Source: Patescibacteria group bacterium (lineage in GTDB: Bacteria; Patescibacteriota; Minisyncoccia; Phycocordibacterales; JAKFXT01). From it: a stretch of 64,000 bases of DNA. The DNA is taken from assembly GCA_021731245.1 (NCBI GenBank), contig JAKFXT010000002.1:24164-88163 (forward strand), read 5' to 3'. A program made the position numbers and the translations under genes. This document shows, piece after piece, positions 51,922 to 58,736 of the stretch; the stretch's first letter is position 1; each line of letters begins with the position of its first letter. The notes beneath the pieces were generated by a model. It saw nothing but the letters and a program-made list of their open reading frames with translations. It had not been told where the DNA came from and ran no database searches.

Positions 51922-52179
51922 TTACTCCTTCCATGAAAAGGTTTCTCCTTCCTCAATGCCAGCGAACTTGGATTCTTTGACTTCGACCTTGAACTCGCCG
52001 TTCTGGTCCTTCTCGTAGACATAGACCAGCACCGTTCCTTTCGGTGTGATGGGGGTGTCGAGGTTTCCGTATTTTATGACGAGATTTATTTCCAGTTTTT
52101 CCCCCGTTTGGATGACAGTAGCCCCGTACAGACCGCTTTCGAGGTCAGACGATGGCTTAAGCAGGGAAATATCGGGCAT
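51922..52179 (-). CDS. Hypothetical 85-aa protein
   Basis: AAAGGA SD, GC-rich codon usage, and its own terminator. Confidence 0.45.
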   Translation of the reverse strand: MPDISLLKPSSDLESGLYGATVIQTGEKLEINLVIKYGNLDTPITPKGTVLVYVYEKDQNGEFKVEVKESKFAGIEEGETFSWKE

Positions 52180-52248
52180 ATAATGTCCTTTGCAGAGGGT
52201 CAGAATTGACTAATTTGCACATTATCTTGTTTTACAAAAAGTGTCTAT

Positions 52249-52278
52249 TCATTACCCTTTGACCAAATAAGGAGTCGA
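52249..52278 (+). promoter_or_regulatory. Candidate promoter for the 52330 gene. It is embedded in a repeated 17-mer.
   Basis: TTGACC-N18-TAATGT. The -35 lies inside TTACCCTTTGACCAAAT (52242-52258). Confidence 0.4.
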
Positions 52279-52329
52279 GAGTAATGTATTTTTAGGCAGT
52301 TCAACTAATTCCGACAGGAGGATTCCGCA

Positions 52330-52740
52330 ATGGCTGCAATGAAAGCTCCAAAAAACAAACCTTTCGCAACCAAAGCGAAAGTCCTTTTCTATGATGGATT
52401 GAGAGTCTTTGCCACCGAAGTGCCACACGGCCTCAAAGTGGTTTTCTGGCCGATTGAGAGTCAGCGTCATTACAAAAATACGCCCGCAACGATGGGGAGA
52501 TTGATTCTCTTGACCAATGCTCCTCGCGAAAGTCACGTGCTGCTCGAAGTGGATGGCGTTCCAAGAAAAGAATGTGGGCGCATGATGCGAATTCTTGGCT
52601 TTTGCTTCATCAGCGGAGACCACCGCGAAGGACATTTCTTGTCCTCTCGCAAAATGTCGAGAAACCATCGCAGTCACGATTCTCGCAACAAACTCATCAA
52701 CCAGTGGGTCAAAGGAGAAATCGACACCTGCTCACGTTAA
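52330..52740 (+). CDS. Hypothetical 136-aa protein
   Basis: Strong RBS ACAGGAGGattccgcaATG and a clean downstream terminator. The overlapping antisense ORF lacks both. Confidence 0.5.
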   Translation: MAAMKAPKNKPFATKAKVLFYDGLRVFATEVPHGLKVVFWPIESQRHYKNTPATMGRLILLTNAPRESHVLLEVDGVPRKECGRMMRILGFCFISGDHREGHFLSSRKMSRNHRSHDSRNKLINQWVKGEIDTCSR

Positions 52741-52745
52741 AATTC

Positions 52746-52790
52746 AACCGCTTCACAGGAAACCTGGGAGCGGTTTTCTGTTTTTATAAT
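52746..52790 (+). terminator. Rho-independent terminator
   Basis: AACCGCT-tcacaggaaacctggg-AGCGGTT followed by ttctgttttt. Confidence 0.6.
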
Positions 52791-52798
52791 TGAAAAAA

Positions 52799-52966
52799 TT
52801 ATTCAGGTTTCTTTTTATAAACTTCGTAAGCTGAATAAAGAACGAGCCAGACACAAAATATATAGAGCCAAGTATCATCTTTGCCGTTTACCCACCAAGC
52901 GATTACAAGAAAAGCAAAGACCCCGATGAAGACGAACATCATTCCGTATTTCTTTAAGATATCCAT
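52799..52966 (-). CDS. Possible 55-aa two-helix membrane peptide (MDILKKYGMMFVFIGVFAFLVIAWW...)
   Basis: An ATG-initiated ORF below the track threshold. Hydrophobic, found by manual translation. Confidence 0.3.
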   Translation of the reverse strand: MDILKKYGMMFVFIGVFAFLVIAWWVNGKDDTWLYIFCVWLVLYSAYEVYKKKPE

Positions 52967-53001
52967 AATATTTCAATTGTTACAGATGGATTATTTGTTT
53001 T

Positions 53002-53205
53002 TTATGAACTACCATCACCACCGCCACTGCCGCCATCACCAGTAGAGCCTCCGTCAGTACTTTCAGAGCCATTTGCTCCATCTGCTTCAGAGCCTGACTC
53101 TTCAGAATCATCTGAGGGAAAGACGGGAGCAGTATAGGCGCCTCCATCTCCACTATCCTTATTAGGTTTCTTAGGTCCAAACATTTTTTTGAATATTTCA
53201 AACAT
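53002..53205 (-). CDS. Hypothetical small acidic Gly/Ser/Asp-rich protein (67 aa)
   Basis: Low-complexity acidic tail (DGGSTGDGGSGGGDGSS). Preceded on the minus strand by a ~290-nt GC-rich leader. Confidence 0.35.
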   Translation of the reverse strand: MFEIFKKMFGPKKPNKDSGDGGAYTAPVFPSDDSEESGSEADGANGSESTDGGSTGDGGSGGGDGSS

Positions 53206-53284
53206 ATAACTAATTATATCAGGCTTTGTATCTTACCTCCTTGACCAAATAAAAAAAGCCGCACCCAATTTATTTTTATTATAA

Positions 53285-53490
53285 ATTCTGGGGTACGGCT
53301 GGTATTGCGAGCCAACAAACGAGCTGACATCGAGAGTGTTTCGAGCAAAACAACGAGAAGAACAACGAGTCGCGAATGACCCCCGAGGAACCACGACGCG
53401 CATCAGACCTTGAAAGAACTTGGGGACGGCCGTCCCTTTCGAACTCCCAGAAGACCTGTTGGCCTAGCGTCAACCGTAACCCCTCGGAGG
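53285..53490 (-). ncRNA. Candidate structured GC-rich non-coding RNA or long 5' leader. Family unknown.
   Basis: Upstream minus-strand promoter TTGACA-N18-TATTTT (plus coordinates 53497-53526). The ends pair (GGGGTTACGG with CCGTACCCC). Internal hairpins include GGGACGG/CCGTCCC. No convincing ORF. Confidence 0.3.
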
Positions 53491-53551
53491 TATATAGAAA
53501 ATAACAATTAGATGACTTTCTGTCAATTCACCCTCGAAAAAGGAGATTGTC

Positions 53552-54037
53552 TCACAAAATAGAAAAAGTAAGTGTCATTGGAGAATGGAAAGGTGTGGCA
53601 CTCCATTGCCCCTTTAACTTACGAAAACATTCTTGCGTCATTCTAATAGATTCCTCAATAAGCCAAGGCGGCAATGGTTCATGATAACTATTATATAAAT
53701 TATTAAAGCTCTCCATCGCTTCAATGGGAGTAATTAAATCTTTCATTACAGCCGTTAGTACTCCTACGACTCGCTCGGTATTTACGATCTCAGAATCTCG
53801 CAGTGGGTCTGAGCTACCTAGCCCAGAAGAAAGCTCAGCGTAAGATTTTCCTGATGCCAATAATCCAAAGAACGAATATTTAAGGCCCACCTGTGTTTCA
53901 AGTGCATAATGAATCAAGTCATGCTCAAGGGTGCTCTTCGTCTCATTTTTTACTATATCCCAGTCTCCATCTCCTTTTCTATATTCAAACATGTGATGGG
54001 TCGGGGATATTCGGGTAAAACGGATCGTGAGAATCAT
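53552..54037 (-). CDS. Hypothetical 161-aa protein
   Basis: ORF in the island with no recognised motif. Confidence 0.45.
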   Translation of the reverse strand: MILTIRFTRISPTHHMFEYRKGDGDWDIVKNETKSTLEHDLIHYALETQVGLKYSFFGLLASGKSYAELSSGLGSSDPLRDSEIVNTERVVGVLTAVMKDLITPIEAMESFNNLYNSYHEPLPPWLIEESIRMTQECFRKLKGQWSATPFHSPMTLTFSIL

Positions 54038-54129
54038 TCACTTATTTTATCAAATTATGTAGAACCTTGAAAAAGGAAAGAAAAGTGATAGAAATAAAGG
54101 TAGACCACCTCACAGGAGGGAGATAACAC

Positions 54130-54225
54130 ATGGAAGACCACGGTGATACGATTCCGCCAGTCGGCTCTTATCAGACGATTGCCTTCGCGGTTTGCCACCC
54201 AGTAAAATTCGTACAGTCGCTCTAG
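54130..54225 (+). CDS. Possible 31-aa peptide (MEDHGDTIPPVGSYQTIAFAVCHPVKFVQSL)
   Basis: Strong RBS CAGGAGGGagataacacATG. Upstream TTGAAA-N17-AGAAAT at ~54066. A downstream plus-strand terminator at 54268-54296. Confidence 0.3.
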   Translation: MEDHGDTIPPVGSYQTIAFAVCHPVKFVQSL

Positions 54226-54267
54226 AGAATGTTTACCGAAGCGGCTGGCTGGCAATAGCCCACCTTT

Positions 54268-54296
54268 TTCTCAACCCCCCGCTTCGGCGGGGTTTT
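54268..54296 (+). terminator. Rho-independent terminator (plus strand)
   Basis: CCCCCCGC-ttcg-GCGGGG followed by ttttttc. Confidence 0.6.
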
Positions 54297-54370
54297 TTCT
54301 TTACCCTTTGACCAAATGGGGGATTAGGTGGCAAAAGATATAAAACAGGATGATGTGCGGAAAGAAAAAA

Positions 54371-54676
54371 TTACCTCTTCTTCGGTTTTGGTTTCTCAGG
54401 TCCTTTCTTGTCAGAATCTCCAATATCTTGTATCGGAGACATTAACGGTTCATTCGAAAGCCGAGCGTCAAATTTTTGTCCAGTTTTCGCTTCGATTTCT
54501 TCTACTTGTTTTAAAAGCAATCTTCCTATTTGTTTGGCGGTGGCTAAGTGGAAAAGAAACGTATATTTCTCTGTCCCTGACCTCAACCAGAACTGAAGTA
54601 AGCCATTCACAGCCTGAGCTTTAGCTTCGTCGACAAAAATCTTTTCAGGGCCATTTGTAAATATAGGGTCTTCCAT
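54371..54676 (-). CDS. Hypothetical 101-aa protein with a basic C-terminal tail. Apparently leaderless.
   Basis: Near-consensus promoter TTGACA-N16-TAGAAT whose -10 ends ~7 nt before the ATG. No SD. Confidence 0.5.
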   Translation of the reverse strand: MEDPIFTNGPEKIFVDEAKAQAVNGLLQFWLRSGTEKYTFLFHLATAKQIGRLLLKQVEEIEAKTGQKFDARLSNEPLMSPIQDIGDSDKKGPEKPKPKKR

Positions 54677-54682
54677 ACAAAC

Positions 54683-54710
54683 ATTCTATTACTGTGAATA
54701 ATAGTGTCAA
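54683..54710 (-). promoter_or_regulatory. Near-consensus sigma70 promoter (TTGACA-N16-TAGAAT) for 54371..54676
   Basis: Plus-strand tgtcaa at 54705-54710 and attcta at 54683-54688. Part of a repeated 25-nt module that also occurs at 53521-53545. Confidence 0.45.
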
Positions 54711-54750
54711 TTACCCTTGAAAAAGGAGCTGAGGGGAGTAGGATGGGGGA

Positions 54751-55503
54751 ATGGAAACTTTTATTAAGTGGTGGCCCAGAGTAATCGCTTTCATTTCAGG
54801 TTACATTTTGGGTTCATATATTATGGATTTTTGGTTAACTCGTGTATTGAAAATACCTACTACACTTGGAGATTGGGCATACATAGCAGAAATCATTACT
54901 GGGTTCTCAATAATTATTGCAATAATTGAGTATTACTCTCACCAAGAAAAAGATAAAAAAATTGCTGTTGCTGACCAAGTTCACATGCTACGAACCGAGG
55001 TGATTGATGGATATGAAAAAGCTTTCAGGTCAATAATTCCTGCTTTAAAGATAAAAATGTTAGTTTTTCCTAGACCAATACCTATTGTGGAAGAATTTAG
55101 TTACTCTTGGGTTATTGAAAATTATGAGGATATAACACAAGAGCAAAACTTTATTCTCAGAGAACTAATGAAAAACGATATTTATTGGGGACATAAAGAA
55201 ATTAACAGTTATTTAAATGTATTAGAGGAATTAGCAATTCGTATAAAAATAACCGGAACTGTAAATGACCCAACTTTGGGTGCCATAAAACAAACTTTTG
55301 TAAGTAGCGTTGAATTATTTTTAATAAAAATTTTAGAAATGATATCAAATAATGATTCTTATTATCGCAACATAAGGTGGCTTTATTCAAAGTGGTATAA
55401 AGACGAAGATGTTGACCGAAGCCTACTAGAAGTTAGACAGAAAAAAATTAATGACAGTATTGAGGATGGGGTTCGTAAAAAAAGAGAAAAACTATCTAAA
55501 TAA
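54751..55503 (+). CDS. Hypothetical protein with two N-terminal TM helices and a ~190-aa cytoplasmic domain
   Basis: AT-rich ORF at the island's right edge. No motif recognised. Confidence 0.45.
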   Translation: METFIKWWPRVIAFISGYILGSYIMDFWLTRVLKIPTTLGDWAYIAEIITGFSIIIAIIEYYSHQEKDKKIAVADQVHMLRTEVIDGYEKAFRSIIPALKIKMLVFPRPIPIVEEFSYSWVIENYEDITQEQNFILRELMKNDIYWGHKEINSYLNVLEELAIRIKITGTVNDPTLGAIKQTFVSSVELFLIKILEMISNNDSYYRNIRWLYSKWYKDEDVDRSLLEVRQKKINDSIEDGVRKKREKLSK

Positions 55504-55751
55504 GGTTTCTAACTTTTTTTTAATGAACGTGTGTTATGCCAAAGAAGATATGCCAAGCCATTTTTATAGTTACTTTTTCATATAAAAATAGGGAAGTGAC
55601 TCCCCCGATTTTATAAGAAATTTTTTAAAGAATTTATTTTGTAATTAATTCAAGTAGATTGTGCGATAGGAAAGTGATCTACGTTATCTTTTACGAATGT
55701 CGGACTTTGATTACTATTGCTTTTGCGACATTCGAGTTATAATTAGTAGAT

Positions 55752-56426
55752 ATGACCCTTCGTACACAAAAGACTGGGACCCAATCACCTTGGACGACAG
55801 AAGAACTTAAAAGTGGTTTATTACATTTTCATAAAGAAAATGGTCATTATCCAACTTCAACAGAAATTGATAACTATCAATATTTACCTTCAGCAAGAAC
55901 AATTGAAAGAAGTCACGGTGGGCTCGTTGAATTGAGGAAAAAATTAGGCCTTGGCGATGAACATGACTACAGATTAGGCTCTCACAGCTCAAAACGAGCT
56001 CATACCATCAATACCAGAGCTCACAAAACAGAAGATATTGTCTACCAATTTTTAATTGAAAAGTTTGGCAAAGAATTTGTGCATCGTGAATACTTTTTTA
56101 CTGATGATCACCGTACAAGAGCTGATTTCTTCGTCTACGATGAAGGAAAGGGCTTCTGTGTAGATGTATTCTACCCAAACTCAACAAGAAACCTCACAGG
56201 ATGCCTCAATATAAAGTTAAATAAATATAATAAAGAATACATGGGCTTTGTCCCATATCCAGTCATTTTCCTACAAATGAATGAGAGTATAGACGATGAT
56301 TCATTAAATAAACTCCTGAAAAATAAAAAGCGCCAATTATTAAGTAATCAATACCTAATGGGTTGGGAAGCATTCAAAGAATTCACTAAATCTAGAAAAG
56401 CTTTGTCTGTTAGAAGAACCAAATAA
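55752..56426 (+). CDS. Hypothetical protein, possibly endonuclease-like (Vsr/PD-(D/E)xK-like core)
   Basis: RADFFVYDEGKGFCVDVFYP resembles the ...DF.....VDG..WH... core of Vsr/DUF559-type endonucleases. The N-terminal W..EEL......G..P helix is HTH-like. Weak. Confidence 0.35.
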   Translation: MTLRTQKTGTQSPWTTEELKSGLLHFHKENGHYPTSTEIDNYQYLPSARTIERSHGGLVELRKKLGLGDEHDYRLGSHSSKRAHTINTRAHKTEDIVYQFLIEKFGKEFVHREYFFTDDHRTRADFFVYDEGKGFCVDVFYPNSTRNLTGCLNIKLNKYNKEYMGFVPYPVIFLQMNESIDDDSLNKLLKNKKRQLLSNQYLMGWEAFKEFTKSRKALSVRRTK

Positions 56427-56655
56427 TATTAAAGGGGAGTATCGTTTTAATTAAACCCCACACCCCCTTTACTTCTATAGCTTATAGCTATGTCGCACAA
56501 GCTTCCCGCGTAAAAGATATATTGTGCGACGTTACCTCTATAGAGCCTTTGACCCATCAATACAACCTTAAAGACCCCTTCCCTTACTTAATATGTTTAT
56601 ATTGTTTTGGATTCCAGGCTGGCGTACAAGATATAAATATTTCCATATTCCCTTG

Positions 56656-56922
56656 CTAATAAAACTTTTCTTTTTTATTTATTAAAATTAAATCCCCAGA
56701 ATTTATTTTTTTACTTTTACCATTTATAACGACTTTCCCTGAACCATTTAATACATAGGCCATTTCCTTTGACTTCAGGTTCGTTGATACCCCATTTTGA
56801 GGATATCTACCACTTATTTTGGCCAAAGCGCCGTTTATTGAACGTTCTTTGAGCCCATACTCATAAACCAAACAATTTTTATCATTAAACTCTTTCCTCT
56901 TTATCTTTTTAATTATTTCCAT
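56656..56922 (-). CDS. Small cupin-like protein (88 aa)
   Basis: Glycine-rich beta-barrel pattern (AYVLNGSGKVVINGKSKKINSGDLILI). Confidence 0.35.
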   Translation of the reverse strand: MEIIKKIKRKEFNDKNCLVYEYGLKERSINGALAKISGRYPQNGVSTNLKSKEMAYVLNGSGKVVINGKSKKINSGDLILINKKEKFY

Positions 56923-57358
56923 AAATTTCTTTTCTTATTTTCATCCAAATTTTACCCATCATGTTTTCTCCTGAACCATTTTCTCCCGTACCCCAGAAAT
57001 AATCTTCTGGATGATTTTTCTCAATAATTTTATCAGCGGTCTTTATAAGCATTCTTTTGACATCGTCATGCTGTTCTAATTTTGCCTTCATAACCTTTTC
57101 CATGACAGAAACCTTATCAAAAGGTTCCTTGCGACCATTTTTACTTCCTCCATACTCTCTGGCAAGAAATGCGCTCGGAGCTTCTTTTATCTTCTTTCTT
57201 ATTTCAATATCAGAAAATTTGGAAACCTGATAGGCATGTTCTGATGTCATATACTCTTCCCCCTCGAATACTACTTTGTGCGCTGAGAAATTTGAAAGAA
57301 GATAGAATGGCCCTTCGTAAAATTTAATTTTATTATCATCAGTAGACTTACTCTCCAT
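56909..57358 (-). CDS. NADAR/YbiA-family (DUF1768) protein
   Basis: FYLLSNFSAHKVVFEGEEYMTSEHAYQVSKF... and the DYFWGTGENGSGENMMGKIWMKIR region match YbiA/NADAR. Confidence 0.7.
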   Translation of the reverse strand: MESKSTDDNKIKFYEGPFYLLSNFSAHKVVFEGEEYMTSEHAYQVSKFSDIEIRKKIKEAPSAFLAREYGGSKNGRKEPFDKVSVMEKVMKAKLEQHDDVKRMLIKTADKIIEKNHPEDYFWGTGENGSGENMMGKIWMKIRKEIYGNN

Positions 57359-57665
57359 ACATTTCTAATTTTATTTTTTGAAGCTCCTCAATTGTTTTTG
57401 AATCAGTAATTTTTGTAAATCTAGGAAAAGTTTTTCCATCTTTTTCTACCATACCCATCCACATATCTAATGGGCGCACAACATGTGTCGCCGGAGCTAA
57501 AAAATCATTTTCATAAAGAGGTCTGTATATGACGGTGTAATTTCGTTCTTCAGAATGAAGTGCGACTCCAACATATTCATAAGAATAGTTATTCATATCC
57601 CCTTTCGGGTCGTGTTTGTAATGATAATAGAATCCTTTTTCCGGAATTTTTTTAATTATCTCCAT
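57348..57665 (-). CDS. Small conserved protein, paralog 1 (resembles DUF1653 by recall)
   Basis: KGFYYHYKHDPKG...YRPLYE...VRPLDMWMG.VEKDGKTFPRF.KITD. About 60% identical to the adjacent gene. Confidence 0.45.
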   Translation of the reverse strand: MEIIKKIPEKGFYYHYKHDPKGDMNNYSYEYVGVALHSEERNYTVIYRPLYENDFLAPATHVVRPLDMWMGMVEKDGKTFPRFTKITDSKTIEELQKIKLEMYGE

Positions 57666-57990
57666 ACATTTCTTTTTTAGTTTTTTCCAATTCTTTTATA
57701 ATTTTTTCATCAGTAATCTTGGCAAATCTAGGAAATGTCTTCCCATCTTTTTCTACTATACCCATCCACATATCTAATGGACGAACATCATACATTTTAC
57801 CTGCCTTGTAAACTGCCGCCTCATATAATGGTCTATAAATTATCATATTCTCATCTTCCGGTCGGCAATCTTCTTCTGTGTGCACTCCTGCGCCAATATA
57901 TTCATAAGCGTAATTATTTACACTCCCCTTCGGGTCGTGTTTGTAATGATAATAAAATCCTTTTTCAGGAACTTTAGTAGGTATTTTCAT
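57652..57990 (-). CDS. Small conserved protein, paralog 2 (tandem duplicate)
   Basis: Same motif set as 57348..57665. The two genes overlap by 14 nt. Confidence 0.45.
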   Translation of the reverse strand: MKIPTKVPEKGFYYHYKHDPKGSVNNYAYEYIGAGVHTEEDCRPEDENMIIYRPLYEAAVYKAGKMYDVRPLDMWMGIVEKDGKTFPRFAKITDEKIIKELEKTKKEMYGDN

Positions 57991-58019
57991 ATAAAAAATA
58001 ATATCACATAAACAGAAAT

Positions 58020-58048
58020 CGTCCGCGAGACGATCTCTGCGGACGAAA
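58020..58048 (-). terminator. Rho-independent terminator for the 58051..58506 gene
   Basis: GTCCGC-gagacgatctct-GCGGAC followed on the minus strand by gatttctgttt. Confidence 0.5.
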
Positions 58049-58050
58049 AA

Positions 58051-58506
58051 CTACTTTGCTTTGGGATATTTGGGATACCAGAATGGATGCCACGTCCACG
58101 GCAAAATCTTGTAGATATAGCTTGAGTGCCATCCAAACCTGGTGATGATCCAACGATTCTGGTCTTCGATGTCTTTCCAGCCGTTGTCATACCCTATTTG
58201 CCACCCCGAATCTCCCCAGTCCACCCCGATGCGAGTTCCAGAAGCTCCTCCTGGGGCCTCAAACTTCCACTTGCGAAAGTTGAACTTGAAAACCGCGAAG
58301 TGGATACGGCCCTTATAGGCGCTTCCCATAGGCCACTGCCAGAAGTAGAGATCCCAGCTAAAGAAGCCGTAGAACCTCCAAGAAACGAGGGGCGGAATGG
58401 AGTTGTTCAAGAAGAAGTCCTTGAAACTCCACCAAAACGACCTGAACCTGAAACCAATGCGACTTTCAATGCGACGGAACGCTTCCAAACAAATCGAGTT
58501 TCTCAT
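58051..58506 (-). CDS. Hypothetical Trp/aromatic-rich protein (14 Trp in 151 aa), GC-rich
   Basis: SD GGAAGGGG sits 8 nt upstream. Terminators lie on both sides. The overlapping plus-strand ORF looks like a wrong-frame reading. Confidence 0.5.
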   Translation of the reverse strand: MRNSICLEAFRRIESRIGFRFRSFWWSFKDFFLNNSIPPLVSWRFYGFFSWDLYFWQWPMGSAYKGRIHFAVFKFNFRKWKFEAPGGASGTRIGVDWGDSGWQIGYDNGWKDIEDQNRWIITRFGWHSSYIYKILPWTWHPFWYPKYPKAK

Positions 58507-58593
58507 TTTGAAAACCCCTTCCTGAGTTGGTGTTCTGTAGCAAAAATACTGCCTACTTGTAACATTAAAAAATTAATAGACTAATGTAAAGCA

Positions 58594-58625
58594 AAAAGCC
58601 CCCCGATGTTACATCGGGGGGCTTT
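58594..58625. terminator. Bidirectional rho-independent terminator
   Basis: GCCCCCCGATG-ttac/gtaa-CATCGGGGGGC flanked by A and T runs. Confidence 0.65.
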
Positions 58626-58736
58626 TTGGATAATTTCTGGTTTTATAATGACAAGCGAGGAGCGGAGCGAAAATTTATTTTCATTTCGTCCGAGTGAAGT
58701 CATTATATAAGAGCGACCTCACCTTTCCTGCTGCTT

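Larger units (their letters stand above)
51350..54730. other. Compositional island, markedly GC-richer (~50%) than the flanks. Its genes have SD sequences, convergent terminators and repeated promoter-like motifs. Probable horizontally acquired segment.
   Basis: Abrupt GC shift at ~51.35 kb, returning to AT-rich at ~54.75 kb. Gene-start architecture (AGGAGG-type RBS) is unlike the rest of the window. Confidence 0.6.

Noticed and set aside
51450-51980. 176-aa alternative plus-frame ORF overlapping 51395..51826
   Set aside because: Arg/Pro/Ser-rich off-frame translation of a GC-rich gene.
52252-52677. Minus-strand 141-aa ORF (GTG start) overlapping 52330..52740(+)
   Set aside because: No RBS and a GTG start. 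The plus-strand ORF has AGGAGG and a terminator.
52980-53201. Alternative minus-strand frame overlapping the acidic mini-protein ORF
   Set aside because: It is in the same region but a different frame. Neither frame is strongly supported. I kept the ATG ORF that has the low-complexity acidic tail, and flagged it as low confidence.
53420-53445. T-loop-like GAGTTCGAAAGGGAC, suggesting a tRNA or tmRNA
   Set aside because: No acceptor, D or anticodon arms can be built. The loop sequence is not the canonical TTCGAAT/TTCAAAT.
53279-53473. 64-aa minus-strand ORF inside the GC-rich structured segment
   Set aside because: No RBS. The translation looks like a wrong-frame reading of GC-rich RNA-like sequence.
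54328-54624. Plus-strand 98-aa ORF (GTG start) overlapping 54371..54676(-)
   Set aside because: The translation is junk-like. The minus-strand ORF has a consensus promoter and a plausible protein.
58126-58584. Plus-strand 152-aa ORF overlapping the Trp-rich gene
   Set aside because: Pro/Glu/Arg-rich wrong-frame-like translation. The minus-strand ORF has an SD and flanking terminators.
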